A stretch of DNA of 55,924 nucleotides from Gammaproteobacteria bacterium (GCA_034112285.1 JAWUVP010000035.1:1-55924); one strand, 5' to 3'; numbered from the stretch's first letter, positions 19,681 to 30,738 are shown. A program made the numbers and translations. Notes: generated from the sequence alone by a model not told the origin.

Positions 19681-21639
19681 TTAAAAAATAGTCATCGGAA
19701 TAATAATCAAATTTTTCCCAATCGAATTCAACATGTTCTGCATGTTTAAAATCATCGGGAAATCTAAAATCTTAGAAATAACCCCTTGTTTGCGTGCAAT
19801 AATTCGCCCACCAAAAAACAAACAATTTTTCTCTTCATCCAGCACTTTTTCAATTAGCTCTTTATAAGACTGCAATCTTTCAACGCTAATTTTACTGTAG
19901 AATTTGATATTAATGTCATTTTCAATTGCCCAGGCGGTCAATAGCTGCTCTTCACTTTTTATAGATGCTTTTAACTTTTCTAACGAATCATCTTGGCTAA
20001 GATTAGAATTATCGATGGTGCCAACTTTTAAAAACACAAAGTTTTTCAGTTCATCAGGAAACATACGCACCGCGCTAAGTGTCGTGTGAATATCTAAGCC
20101 CAAATGATCACTTAAAATCACCACGCCAACATGACCTTTTTCAGTAAATTTTGGCGCATAGTCAAGGGTTGAAAACTGGCTGCTGATTAAATTTTTCTTC
20201 AATGAATCGGCATATTTTTTAATATGGCGGCGTATCCGCGCATAATAGCGTTTAATGCGTAAACACAGGTAAACCATAACACAGATGCACACAATGGTTA
20301 TCCAGCTGCCTTGGCTTAATTTTTCAATAATGGTAATACACAAAATTAAGGCACAAACCAAAAAACCTAACAAAGAAATAAAGCATCGGTACAGCCAATC
20401 TTTCTGATTCGCACGTGTTTTCCACCAATGCCGCGTTAGGGCAAACAAGGTGATTGAAAAGGTTAAAAATACACTGGTGCTATATAAAATAACCAGCGCA
20501 TCAACATGCCCATCGAGCAAGGCCACTATAAACATAGAACCCAGGCCAAAAAACAGCACCGCATTTTGCCTTATCAAACGATTTGAAATATTAGAAAAGA
20601 GACTCGGCACCCATTCATCTACCGCCATGTTGGACAAGACCGCAGGCCCCCCTAAAAAGCCGGTATTGGCCCCCACGAGCAAAATACCCGCCTCTAACAA
20701 TAAGGTGATAACTAAGGCGCCGTAACCGTACCAACTATTACCCAACATTTTGTGAAACAAAATCGCATTATAGGTCTGCCCCACAACCGGCGTAACAGTC
20801 CATAATAAATAGCATAAGGTAATACCACCTGCGACCACGCTAAGAGAGATAGCCATATAAAACATGGTGTATTTACCGGTGCGCACCCTTGGCTCGGCTA
20901 AAATGTTTACGTTATTTGAAACAGCTTCTAAGCCGGTATAGGTCCCTGCCCCCATTGAATAAGCTTTAAATAATAAAAACAGCAAGGCAAACAAACCTGA
21001 ATGAGAAATATAACTTTTAGATTCAGACAACGTATGCGTATAAACCGTATGCCAATCGCTAGCGTGGGCCGTCATACCATAAAACAGTAGCGCCAAATGC
21101 ACCACCACAAAGCCTATAAATATGGGTGTTAAAATTTTAATAGATTCTTTAGCCCCACGCAAATTAAGCCAGGTGAGCAGAACTATCATAAATAATTTAA
21201 CACACAGATTTGCAATGGGCCACGCGCCGGGAATCAGGCTAAACAGGGCATCAGACGCCGCCGAAGCTGAAATAGCAATGGTTAAAATATAATCTATAAT
21301 CAACGCAATACCTGAAACCACACCGGCGTAGGGGTGCAACATTCTGTTGGCGACTTTATAACCGCCACCGCCACCGGGGAATAATTCAATGACTTGGTTG
21401 TAAGATAGCGCAATAATAAAAATCGTCACCGCCATCATAATAGCGATGTAAACGGCTAAATAGTGATATTGCAGACCCAACGTTTTAAACGCCATTTCAG
21501 GGCCATAGTTAGCGGAAGATAGACCATCAGAGCCTAAGCCAATCCAGGCAAAAAATGCAATAAGAAGAATGTGGCTGCGAATGCCAGCGTTAAGCGGATC
21601 TAGCGGCTTGCCTAGTAGTAAAGATTTTAATTTTTTCAT
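19681..21639 (-). CDS. APC-superfamily permease, KimA/YdaO-like K+ transporter
   Basis: DGLSSANYGPE, GGGGY, DYILT, TGLEAVSN; many TM segments plus a cytoplasmic C-terminal domain. Confidence 0.8.
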   Translation of the reverse strand: MKKLKSLLLGKPLDPLNAGIRSHILLIAFFAWIGLGSDGLSSANYGPEMAFKTLGLQYHYLAVYIAIMMAVTIFIIALSYNQVIELFPGGGGGYKVANRMLHPYAGVVSGIALIIDYILTIAISASAASDALFSLIPGAWPIANLCVKLFMIVLLTWLNLRGAKESIKILTPIFIGFVVVHLALLFYGMTAHASDWHTVYTHTLSESKSYISHSGLFALLFLLFKAYSMGAGTYTGLEAVSNNVNILAEPRVRTGKYTMFYMAISLSVVAGGITLCYLLWTVTPVVGQTYNAILFHKMLGNSWYGYGALVITLLLEAGILLVGANTGFLGGPAVLSNMAVDEWVPSLFSNISNRLIRQNAVLFFGLGSMFIVALLDGHVDALVILYSTSVFLTFSITLFALTRHWWKTRANQKDWLYRCFISLLGFLVCALILCITIIEKLSQGSWITIVCICVMVYLCLRIKRYYARIRRHIKKYADSLKKNLISSQFSTLDYAPKFTEKGHVGVVILSDHLGLDIHTTLSAVRMFPDELKNFVFLKVGTIDNSNLSQDDSLEKLKASIKSEEQLLTAWAIENDINIKFYSKISVERLQSYKELIEKVLDEEKNCLFFGGRIIARKQGVISKILDFPMILNMQNMLNSIGKNLIIIPMTIF

Positions 21640-21911
21640 AATGTCAGAAGAGCTATTTTTGGATAAACTTATACGTTTACCCCTTAAATTCCAGCCTGAA
21701 CTAACCTCTCGGTGTCAATAGAATCGCGTAGTATACACGCATCGTGTTTTCGTGCAACTTCCACAAGCCCAGTCCAAATTCACCCTTAATATCAATGGGT
21801 TAAAGTCAACAGAACCGTTGGTCGCCGCCCTTTTTTTTGCTACCGCTGGAAAATCCCCCCCATCTCAAGTTGCAATGCTATAATGCGCCCATTCCAGCAC
21901 AGAGGCCCACC

Positions 21912-22634
21912 ATGACTAACACGCAAATTCGCCAACATTTAGCCGCCGCCTACCGCCTAGTCGCTCATTTTTGTTACGATGATTTAACCTTTGCACATTT
22001 ATCTGCCCGGGTACCTGGCAAAAATGCCTTTTATATACAGCCCTTCGGCCTGTTATTTGAGGAAGTGACCGCTTCATCACTATTAATGGTCGACTTTGAC
22101 GGCAATGTGCTAGAAGGTGAAGAATACCAATATAATAAAACCGGTTACGTTATTCATGGCGGTGTTTACAAAAACCGACCTGATTTAAACGCCGTATTTC
22201 ATTTACACACCGAAAATGGCATTGCTGTATCGGCCATGCCTGAAGGTTTGCTGCCAATCAGCCAGTGGGCTTTGCACTTTTATGACCGCGTGTCTTATCA
22301 TGACTATAATTCTTTAGCGCTAGATTCCACTAAACATGAAGATCCTATTACCCGTGATTTGGGTGAAAACAAAGTGATGTTTATGCGTAATCATGGCACA
22401 TTATTATGCGGTGAAACCATTCACGAAGCGTATATTTATTTGCACCACTTAGAGCGCGCTTGTAAAACGCAGGTTATAGCCATGGCAGCGCATGACAACT
22501 TAATCATGCCCAATGAACAACTCTGCCAAAAGACCGTACGCGACCTACTGGCCTTTGAGCCTGACATAGGCAAACGCGATTGGACGGCCCTACTCAGAAT
22601 GCTGCAACGCAAAGGATCTAACTATTGCAATTAG
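21912..22634 (+). CDS. Class II aldolase/adducin family protein
   Basis: HLSARVP, PFGLLFEEVTASSL, HLHT, MRNHG, LERAC; start re-called at MTNTQ. Confidence 0.9.
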   Translation: MTNTQIRQHLAAAYRLVAHFCYDDLTFAHLSARVPGKNAFYIQPFGLLFEEVTASSLLMVDFDGNVLEGEEYQYNKTGYVIHGGVYKNRPDLNAVFHLHTENGIAVSAMPEGLLPISQWALHFYDRVSYHDYNSLALDSTKHEDPITRDLGENKVMFMRNHGTLLCGETIHEAYIYLHHLERACKTQVIAMAAHDNLIMPNEQLCQKTVRDLLAFEPDIGKRDWTALLRMLQRKGSNYCN

Positions 22635-22691
22635 CCGGGTGGTCAGGTTACGCATTTCTTGCCATTCCTGCCCATTCTGCTACCATACGCC

Positions 22692-22791
22692 GGTCCTCGT
22701 CTCCTCGCATTGATTAGCAGCGAACTCCGCCAGGTCCGGAAGGAAGCAACGGTAGTTGTGATATTAAGTGCCGAGGGTTAGGCGGGGGCAC
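22692..22791 (+). ncRNA. ffs: Signal recognition particle RNA (4.5S)
   Basis: CAGGTCCGGAAGGAAGCAAC helix-8 motif in a long hairpin; TTGCCA/TACCAT promoter upstream; precedes dnaX. Confidence 0.93.
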
Positions 22792-22851
22792 TTAATTTAT
22801 TATTTACGCCCCTCTGGGCGATATATAAAACCAAACTAGCTGTTAAATATC

Positions 22852-24405
22852 ATGAGCACACAAGCCCTAGCCCGTAAATGGCGCCCGAAAAATTTTGCGC
22901 AAATGGTTGGCCAAGATGCCACCGTGCGCACGCTTAGCAATGCGCTGATCCAAGATCGATTGCATCATGCTTATTTATTTACCGGCACCCGCGGTGTGGG
23001 TAAAACCACCATTGCCCGTATTATTGCAAAATGCCTCAATTGCGAACAAGGCATTACCCCCGCACCTTGTGGCGAATGCTCGACTTGCCAAGCCATTGAT
23101 GCCGGTCAATTTATTGATTTAATTGAAGTGGATGCGGCTTCACGCACCAAAGTTGAAGACACTCGCGAGCTGCTCGATAACGTGCAATACGCCCCCACTC
23201 AAGGGCGCTTTAAAATTTATTTAATTGATGAAGTACACATGTTGTCCGGGCATAGCTTTAATGCTTTGCTCAAAACACTAGAAGAGCCACCTGAACATGT
23301 GAAATTTTTATTGGCGACCACCGATCCGCAAAAGTTACCGATTACAGTATTATCGCGTTGCTTGCAGTTTCATTTAAAAGGCATGGCGCCTGAAATTATT
23401 AGCCAGCATTTAGAATATATTCTTACAAATGAAAAAATCACCTTTGACAGCGCCGCACTGTTACCCTTATCAGCCGCAGCCAATGGCAGCATGCGTGATG
23501 CCTTAAGCTTGCTAGATCAAGCCATTGCCTTTAGCGACGCCAACATTACCCCACAAGCAGTGCAAGACTTGTTAGGCGCAACCTCAACCTTAGACTTACT
23601 ACCTCTACTCGATGCCTTAGCCGAGCAAGACGGCAACGCGTTAATACACGCCGTAAATGAACTGGCCCTACAAGGCGTGAGTTTTAGCCAAGTATTAACC
23701 GATTTATTGCAATTATTACATCAGATTAATCTGGCCCAATTAGTGCCAGATCTTACTCAAGCACAAGACCTTAGTCACTATGCTGGCTTATTTAGCAGCA
23801 GCGATATTCAATTATTTTATCAAATTGGTTTAATCGGCCAACGTGATTTGCCGTTTGCGCCTGGAGCCCGCTCGGGGTTTGAAATGATCATGTTACGCAT
23901 GTTATGTTTTCAACCCGGCAACACCGCCGCTCTTACACCTAGCGCACCCAGCTCTATGCCAACGGTAACCAAAACACCGGCAACAAAAACAATACCCAAA
24001 TCTACTCCCCCGATTAACGGCGAAACCAATGTGTCCAGTGACATTATTAACCAATTAAAATTAAGCGGTATGACCAAAGTCTTAGCGCAAAATTGCGTGT
24101 TAGATAAGCAAGACGAACACAGCTTTTATTTTCATATTGAGGCTAAACATGCCTCCATGGCAGGTGAAAAACAAGTGCAACAATTACAAGCAGCACTAAC
24201 TGAGCATTTGCAAAGAAAAATTAAAGTCGAAATAAATGTCGCCGAACTCACGGGGGAAACCCCAGCCGCACACAAACAACGTTTAGAAATTGAAAAACTA
24301 GCCACAGCCAAACAAAACATTGTGCAAGATCCGCACGTACAAAATATTCTCGAAAATTTTGGCGGCTCACTCGATGAAAACTCAATTACGACTAATAGCA
24401 ACTAA
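22852..24405 (+). CDS. dnaX: DNA polymerase III subunit gamma/tau
   Basis: [33 protein letters not shown]. Confidence 0.97.
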   Translation: MSTQALARKWRPKNFAQMVGQDATVRTLSNALIQDRLHHAYLFTGTRGVGKTTIARIIAKCLNCEQGITPAPCGECSTCQAIDAGQFIDLIEVDAASRTKVEDTRELLDNVQYAPTQGRFKIYLIDEVHMLSGHSFNALLKTLEEPPEHVKFLLATTDPQKLPITVLSRCLQFHLKGMAPEIISQHLEYILTNEKITFDSAALLPLSAAANGSMRDALSLLDQAIAFSDANITPQAVQDLLGATSTLDLLPLLDALAEQDGNALIHAVNELALQGVSFSQVLTDLLQLLHQINLAQLVPDLTQAQDLSHYAGLFSSSDIQLFYQIGLIGQRDLPFAPGARSGFEMIMLRMLCFQPGNTAALTPSAPSSMPTVTKTPATKTIPKSTPPINGETNVSSDIINQLKLSGMTKVLAQNCVLDKQDEHSFYFHIEAKHASMAGEKQVQQLQAALTEHLQRKIKVEINVAELTGETPAAHKQRLEIEKLATAKQNIVQDPHVQNILENFGGSLDENSITTNSN

Positions 24406-24416
24406 CGGAGATAAAC

Positions 24417-24749
24417 ATGAACATACCTGGCATGGGTAACATGATGAAGAAAGTACAGCAAATGCAAGACGATATGAAAAAAGCGCAGACAGAACTTGAA
24501 TCGATGGAAGTGACTGGCGAAGCTGGAGCAGGTCTTGTTAAAGTGACACTAACCGGTAAAAATGATTGCCGTCAAGTTGAACTTGATAATGAAGTTTTGG
24601 GCGAGAACGCTGACAAAGAAATGTTAGAAGATTTAATTGCCGCGGCCATTAACGATGCAGTACGCAAAGTAGAAAGCCTTAAAGAAGAAAAAATGGGTGG
24701 CGTAACCGGGGGAATGAATATCCCTGGAATGGATCAACTCTTAAAATAA
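24417..24749 (+). CDS. ybaB: YbaB/EbfC nucleoid-associated protein
   Basis: [22 protein letters not shown]; dnaX-ybaB-recR synteny. Confidence 0.95.
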   Translation: MNIPGMGNMMKKVQQMQDDMKKAQTELESMEVTGEAGAGLVKVTLTGKNDCRQVELDNEVLGENADKEMLEDLIAAAINDAVRKVESLKEEKMGGVTGGMNIPGMDQLLK

Positions 24750-24826
24750 ACTTCAGGGATTTTATGCTTTAGAGCCCCGCGCTTTAAGCGTGAAATCCTG
24801 TTTTATCACAACAAGGTATTGCCTGC

Positions 24827-25435
24827 ATGTCATCCTTTAGCCCGCTTATTGATGAGCTTATCGCCTCATTTCGCTGCTTACCCGGTATTGGCCCCAAATC
24901 GGCCCAGCGCATGGCCTTGCATGTTTTACAGCACAATAAAGAAGGCGGCAAAAAGCTGAGCGACAACTTGGCCACTAGCCTAGCGCAAATTCGCAACTGC
25001 AATCGCTGCCGCACCTTATGTGAAAGCGAGATTTGCCATTTTTGTGCCAGTCCAAAACGCAATGCCAAACTGTTATGTGTGGTGGAATCACCGCACGACA
25101 TTCTGGCCATTGAGCAAACCGGTCATTTCAACGGCCTTTATTTTGTGCTCATGGGCAACTTATCCCCACTCGATGGCATTGGCCCCAGTGAATTAGGCTT
25201 AGGTCTACTAGAAGCACGTTTTAGCGAAGATGCTCTCACCGAGGTCATTATTGCCACCAGTGCTACAGTGGAAGGCCAAACGACGGCTCACTACATCAGC
25301 GAAATGGCCGAAAAACACCATATAACCGCCAGCCAACTGGCCCAAGGCGTGCCTCTCGGAGGAGAGTTAGATTATATTGATAGCAATACATTAGCACACG
25401 CTTTGGCAGAGCGTAAAGTTATTGGTCATGGCTAA
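24827..25435 (+). CDS. recR: Recombination mediator RecR
   Basis: LPGIGPKSAQR, C4 zinc finger, Toprim domain, GVPLGGELDY. Confidence 0.97.
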   Translation: MSSFSPLIDELIASFRCLPGIGPKSAQRMALHVLQHNKEGGKKLSDNLATSLAQIRNCNRCRTLCESEICHFCASPKRNAKLLCVVESPHDILAIEQTGHFNGLYFVLMGNLSPLDGIGPSELGLGLLEARFSEDALTEVIIATSATVEGQTTAHYISEMAEKHHITASQLAQGVPLGGELDYIDSNTLAHALAERKVIGHG

Positions 25436-25486
25436 CTAACGCCTCAGGTTGCTTGTAGCTATTTACCTCAGGGCAAACGCATTTTT

Positions 25487-25584
25487 GAAAAAAGTACGTC
25501 GTTGCGAGGAGCGTAGCGACGTGCACCCGAGGGCACAGGTCAATCTTTTAGGCCACAATGCAATTCATGAGATTGACCTGTGCC
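25487..25584. repeat. Palindromic REP/RPE-like element, copy 3 (variant)
   Basis: GAAAAAAGTACGTCGTTGCGAGGAGCGTAGCGACGTG followed by the perfect 15-bp inverted repeat GGCACAGGTCAATCT/AGATTGACCTGTGCC. Confidence 0.7.
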
Positions 25585-25742
25585 TGTCAAGAAGCTCATG
25601 CAAACACCATGCGTCTTCATTCAAAACGAAAGAGAACAGAGGCTTAGACTTAGCTGGGTAAGCTAAGTGAGTATATACACCTTGACCTTGTTAAATTATC
25701 CGCTATTCTCTACATTAACTACAATAATAATAAAAACGAATT

Positions 25743-26684
25743 ATGCTGTATAAAATTGACACACATCGCAACGACAACGGTTCATCCTTAACAAGGCGTA
25801 TTACTGAGCGTAAGAGTTTTGAAGATAACCTTTTGCCCGCATGCTCACCAACGGTAAAACAATTAACCCATTCAAAATTTTTACTAGCTCACAAACCATG
25901 CCACCTACAGCCTCATCATATTGAAGATTTTACTCGCCGCGGGGAAGTCTGGATACAAGATGAATACATTGACATCGATGGAGCAGACCACTTTGATGAC
26001 GAGGTTATACAAGGTGTCATGAATCCTTTGCGCCAAGATAACTCACGATTAGGAAAAATCATTCTTGATTTTATTAAGAACAAATTAATACACCAAACAA
26101 CTTTTCTTTATGCCATTAAAGAAACATTTGTTGAACGTATTAGGTTAAAATGTCGTGAGCTCGATATTATTCCAGTAAATCTTGATGAGGTTTCATCATC
26201 ATTACGGTTAACCAGTATTAATGACCACACCTTCGAGGTTTGCTATATTAAAGGTCTGGCCTTTAAACCCCTAAGCGCCTTCACCAACTCGAGAATTCAA
26301 CCTACCCTCTCTGGTGTATTTGATTTAACCGTACGGTTCAGTTTACAGCCAGAAAATCATGTTCACTACGAGAACTATATCAATTGGCCTGCGGCACCCT
26401 TTAATCACATTATTTACACAACGCACGTTAATGCAAATTATTACTTTAATGATGAAAAGATGAAACCTTTTGTCAATAAATTAGGGTTTTTCGTCGCGGA
26501 AGTCAACTATAACGAAGTCCCAAAACAAATTACCCAGCAGCTAAGCAAGTGTCAAAATTCGCCCATGAAAACGCGATTTGGCACACCGAAGCTAAAACAA
26601 ATGACGCCCGAGGCGAGAACAAGATTTCATTCAAACGGCGACGATGTCTCAAAAATACTCTTTGATGAACCAGACTCACCCTGA
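25743..26684 (+). CDS. Orphan hypothetical protein, candidate effector
   Basis: 313-aa ORF with its own promoter-like TTGACC/TATTCT; no recognisable family; SP/TP-rich basic tail. Confidence 0.7.
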   Translation: MLYKIDTHRNDNGSSLTRRITERKSFEDNLLPACSPTVKQLTHSKFLLAHKPCHLQPHHIEDFTRRGEVWIQDEYIDIDGADHFDDEVIQGVMNPLRQDNSRLGKIILDFIKNKLIHQTTFLYAIKETFVERIRLKCRELDIIPVNLDEVSSSLRLTSINDHTFEVCYIKGLAFKPLSAFTNSRIQPTLSGVFDLTVRFSLQPENHVHYENYINWPAAPFNHIIYTTHVNANYYFNDEKMKPFVNKLGFFVAEVNYNEVPKQITQQLSKCQNSPMKTRFGTPKLKQMTPEARTRFHSNGDDVSKILFDEPDSP

Positions 26685-26863
26685 CAAAACGCAGCTCATC
26701 GGCAAACCCGAGTTAGTGCATATTTTATTCTATTGCCATCCCCGCTCTGCTCAAAGCTAATGCGTTTTGAAATCACGCCAACATCCCACCACTAAATCAC
26801 CTTCCCAAAAACAGCCTCAAATGCTATATTCTCATTCTATTTATATATCCTTGGAATATAATC

Positions 26864-27568
26864 ATGAACATAACCAGGTTGCTAGGCTTAAGCCTCATTC
26901 TTCTTACTTTTAACAGCCTTGCAGCAATTAAAGTTGAACCCATTATCATTGATCATTTTGCTGGACAGTCCTCGCGTGAAGATTTAACCGTCAAGAACAT
27001 TGGCAAGACAAAAGAGTTTGTGCTGATTACACCCAAGGTGGTTGAACACCCCGGCACGAAAAATGAGAAACTTAAAGTTATCACTAGCGTGCAAAATTTA
27101 AAAAATTATGGATTATATGTTACACCACGACGCCTATTAATTCCTCAGGGTGAATCACGTACCGTGAGGGTTGGTTTTTTGAACAGTGCCAAACTAAAAA
27201 AAGATAGAATTTTTCGTGTTTCAGTTGAACCGAAGCAAGCCTTTAAAGTTGTAAAAGACAAAGCCAACAATCAAATGGGCCTTAACTTTATTTTAGGTTA
27301 TGCCGTGTTAGTTATGGACCGTCCACCTAATGCTGAACCAATTGTTGAGGTTAAGCGCAACGCTAAAATGGTGACCTTTAAAAACACGGGAAACAGTAAC
27401 GCACTTCTAACTGGCTTAAAACAATGTATTGAAAAAACGTGCACACCTCTATCTACCGCCCATCGGCTCTACGCAGGCACCACCTGGGAATATGCTTTGC
27501 CCAAAGCCGAACCCGTAACTTATTCTCAATTTTTCGGCATGAAGAAGACGACGAACACTAGCAATTAA
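26864..27568 (+). CDS. Periplasmic fimbrial chaperone (EcpB/PapD-like)
   Basis: Signal peptide; VTPRRLLIPQGESRTVR, DRIFRV, NTGNSN, HRLYAG; adjacent to usher. Confidence 0.8.
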   Translation: MNITRLLGLSLILLTFNSLAAIKVEPIIIDHFAGQSSREDLTVKNIGKTKEFVLITPKVVEHPGTKNEKLKVITSVQNLKNYGLYVTPRRLLIPQGESRTVRVGFLNSAKLKKDRIFRVSVEPKQAFKVVKDKANNQMGLNFILGYAVLVMDRPPNAEPIVEVKRNAKMVTFKNTGNSNALLTGLKQCIEKTCTPLSTAHRLYAGTTWEYALPKAEPVTYSQFFGMKKTTNTSN

Positions 27569-27569
27569 C

Positions 27570-30227
27570 ATGCAAAAAACGTGGGCAATAAAGCATAAGC
27601 GGGTGCTAATCACTTTAATGGTGATTGCCCTAGCCGTAGCAGCCTATTTTTTACTAAGCTTAAAACCGACCCAATCACAGCATACACCTTCTGCACCAGC
27701 GCACAGCATCACTCACGAAACGCCGGTACCTGTTTTAAAAAACAGTGCGAGCTCTTTGCCTCAAACTCTCAAAGCCCCCCCTCCAGTTGTGGACGCACAG
27801 GGGATTTTTCAACCCGACAATTCAATCCCAGAAGGCTTTGAAAACTTATCGGCAGACCAAGTCACCTTGGCGGATGTCTATTTCCAAGGTAGGTTGTTAG
27901 GCAGTTATGACATTCGTTATAATAGCGATATTTTACAGTTTACACACCCCAAAAAAATCACTAGCCAACTAGGCATAAGCAATTTGCGAGATAACGAACT
28001 CGTAACACAAACCCTTAGTGGAGAGCTTCCAACCAATGCCAGTAAAATCTGTCAACGCTATCAAAAGAATTTTTGTGGAATATTAAACCCTAAAGTTGCG
28101 GGGGTTATTTTTAATGCCAACAAGTTTCGTGTTGATGTTTTTGTTAGCCGAAATTTCGTAAAAAAAAATAAACAGTTGAATGATTTTATACCGCCTTCAA
28201 CTGCTGATTGGTCATTCGCCAGCTACATGAATGGCAGCAGCCAAGGCACCAACAAAACCAGTAATTATAATATCTATACGAATAATGTATTAGCCTATAA
28301 ACAGCTTTACTTAAATAGTAACGTATCCTATGCCGATACGTTAGGCCAAACATCTACCAATAAAACCGGTAGCCTTCAAGTTAGCAATCTCAATGCTAAT
28401 TACAATTACAAACGGTACGTATTTAGTGCTGGCGCCATTACCACTTCAGGTGGTGACTTTTTACCTGGGCAGCAAATGCTCGGTGCTTCAGGCAGCACTT
28501 CTTTAGATACATTGACTAGTGACAGCGACAAATTTGGCACACCACTTATTGTTTATTTACCCTTGCCCAGTAAAGTTAGCATTTATCGGGATGGACGCTT
28601 ATATTCCAGTCAGTTTTACTCGGCTGGGCAGCAAACACTAAACTCCTCAACATTACCAAATGGCTCGTATGAAGTCACCTTAGTAATTGAGGCAGAAAAT
28701 GGTAGTTCCACTGAAGAAACGCAATTTTACTCAAAGTCTAATCGCTTACCTCCCCTAAGATTTCCGCAATTTTCTGTACAATTAGGCTATTTACAAAATC
28801 CATTTATTAGCACTGTTTTCCCTAAATATTCCAACACCTTACTGGTCGACCTAGGCTATAGTAAGCGACTAAGCGCATCTTGGGGAATTAAGAGCAGTCT
28901 GTTTAGCTTTTCGCAACATGATTTTTTAAGTCTTGGAATTACGTGGCTAAATTCAAGAGTACAAATTGAATCTAGCCTGTTACAAGGCAACGAGCAAGAG
29001 CATGGCGTCGGACTAAACACTTCAGCACGCTTTGACAAGCTTAGTTCAAGCCTTTATTTACGAAAAATGTGGTCTAAAGAACGCCCCGCTAATGCAGCCA
29101 GCCAAACAGATGAACAGTTTAATAACTACATCTTAAATGTTATAAATGGTAACAGCACTCAAGAAGGCTTGAATGTTAGCTACACTTTAAAAAAAATGGG
29201 GCTTAGTTTTCAAGCCTATTTAAGCCAACGCCAAAATGCACCTCAAACATACAATGTTGGCCCAAACATTAACTTTCCCGTTTTCCAAAAACGGCCCTTT
29301 TCTATTCGGGGCACACTATCTTATAATCAATCCCCAACTGATAAACAGCTCTGGTTAAATTTAAGCTTTTCGATTCTCCCCAGACAATCGCATTGGAGCC
29401 ACTTTGTTTATTTGGGATACCGACATATCATTAAACAGTCAACATTCTCTAATATTAATTCAGGCTTAACCCTCAATACTAATAGCACCTGGCAGAATAT
29501 AAATGCCGTAAACCGGGGCTGGCGTCTCACCACGCAATTAAATCATCAGCCGAAAAATCAAAATAGTGCTGGGTTAAATCTTGAAAATTACAATAAATAT
29601 GGTTATCTGAGTATTACGCCGCGCCTTAATGTCGGCGACAATTATAAAAACACACAATATATTGCAAATTTTCGCAGCCACTTTATCTGGGTAGGTAAGC
29701 AACTGAGTATCGGTGGCTCTGGCTATGGCACTAGTGGCGCGCTTATTCGGATCAACACGCCCGATAGCTCTCCGCAGAGCTTCAATGTTTACGTTAACAA
29801 TCAATTACGTGGCATTACGTTAAGTAATCGCAATGCCTATATAACCTTAACCCCGTTTCGTCAATATGCCATACGTATCAAGGCTGCCGGCAAATCTTTA
29901 TTTAGTTATCCCCAAAGTGCTAAAATGCTGACACTTTATAAAGGTAATGTGCAAAAATTGGTTTGGCAGGCGAGAGAAAAGATCTTGCTATTAACCACAA
30001 TTGTAACGCCGGATGGTAAGCCTATTCCAAACAGACAGGTTGATAACGGGGTTGGTTTTAACCAAACAGAACAAGATGGGAGCTTACAAATTGAAGTGTT
30101 TTCGAATACACATGAATTAATGTTACCAGCACAAAGTGCTAAAGCATGCGTCATTAACTTGCCACTGCTCAAGTCGAATGAGGGCCTTGCTTCTATAAAT
30201 CGTCTGGTTTGTCATCCAATCAAATAG
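27570..30227 (+). CDS. Outer-membrane fimbrial usher (TcfC/CfaC/EcpC-like)
   Basis: PEGFENL..ADVYFQG, C-x6-CG, VSIYRDGRL, LPNGSYEV; beta-rich; C-terminal Cys pair. Confidence 0.8.
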   Translation: MQKTWAIKHKRVLITLMVIALAVAAYFLLSLKPTQSQHTPSAPAHSITHETPVPVLKNSASSLPQTLKAPPPVVDAQGIFQPDNSIPEGFENLSADQVTLADVYFQGRLLGSYDIRYNSDILQFTHPKKITSQLGISNLRDNELVTQTLSGELPTNASKICQRYQKNFCGILNPKVAGVIFNANKFRVDVFVSRNFVKKNKQLNDFIPPSTADWSFASYMNGSSQGTNKTSNYNIYTNNVLAYKQLYLNSNVSYADTLGQTSTNKTGSLQVSNLNANYNYKRYVFSAGAITTSGGDFLPGQQMLGASGSTSLDTLTSDSDKFGTPLIVYLPLPSKVSIYRDGRLYSSQFYSAGQQTLNSSTLPNGSYEVTLVIEAENGSSTEETQFYSKSNRLPPLRFPQFSVQLGYLQNPFISTVFPKYSNTLLVDLGYSKRLSASWGIKSSLFSFSQHDFLSLGITWLNSRVQIESSLLQGNEQEHGVGLNTSARFDKLSSSLYLRKMWSKERPANAASQTDEQFNNYILNVINGNSTQEGLNVSYTLKKMGLSFQAYLSQRQNAPQTYNVGPNINFPVFQKRPFSIRGTLSYNQSPTDKQLWLNLSFSILPRQSHWSHFVYLGYRHIIKQSTFSNINSGLTLNTNSTWQNINAVNRGWRLTTQLNHQPKNQNSAGLNLENYNKYGYLSITPRLNVGDNYKNTQYIANFRSHFIWVGKQLSIGGSGYGTSGALIRINTPDSSPQSFNVYVNNQLRGITLSNRNAYITLTPFRQYAIRIKAAGKSLFSYPQSAKMLTLYKGNVQKLVWQAREKILLLTTIVTPDGKPIPNRQVDNGVGFNQTEQDGSLQIEVFSNTHELMLPAQSAKACVINLPLLKSNEGLASINRLVCHPIK

Positions 30228-30666
30228 GTTCTTCGTTTATTTGTACCGCTAACTTACCCGTATAACTTCCATGAGAAGTTTTTTTGTTAAGCTTTATCTC
30301 TATGCGTAAAATTCCACATACTTTTTGATTATCAACAAGAGTATTTTTAATCAAGACATTATCATTGTTTTTTATTAATTCTTCATTATCCCAATAAAAA
30401 TAAACGCGCACTTTATCGGAGTCACCGTAAAGTAAAAAGGTATTCGAATCCCCAGCGATATTGCTAATATTGAGACGTAAATTAACATCTTCACTAACAT
30501 CAGCAAAGCAAATTTGCTGTTCGTCATTTACAGTATCATAATCTGTATTAACATTGCTAAAATTAAAGCTACGCAAGCCATCAATAGTCAAAGACGAGCA
30601 AAAATAAGGTAAGCAAAGCAGCAGCAGGCAGGCTAAACGTTGAAAATATTTTTGACACCCAATCAT
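30220..30666 (-). CDS. Probable minor fimbrial subunit
   Basis: Signal peptide, Cys pair, C-terminal GSYTGKLAVQI strand; start re-called at MIGCQ, downstream of the hairpin. Confidence 0.6.
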   Translation of the reverse strand: MIGCQKYFQRLACLLLLCLPYFCSSLTIDGLRSFNFSNVNTDYDTVNDEQQICFADVSEDVNLRLNISNIAGDSNTFLLYGDSDKVRVYFYWDNEELIKNNDNVLIKNTLVDNQKVCGILRIEIKLNKKTSHGSYTGKLAVQINEEPI

Positions 30667-30685
30667 AGCTCTTCCCACAAATGAA

Positions 30686-30709
30686 AACGAGCCCAATAAT
30701 GGGCTCGTT
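30686..30709 (-). terminator. Intrinsic terminator/attenuator after the major pilin gene
   Basis: AACGAGCCCA-N4-TGGGCTCGTT followed by a T-rich tract on the minus strand. Confidence 0.65.
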
Positions 30710-30738
30710 GTATTATAGCAAATTTCACCTATGCTGTC

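Noticed and set aside
23900-24100. dnaX programmed -1 frameshift
   Set aside because: No A AAA AAG slippery site or long A-run with a downstream hairpin in the linker region.
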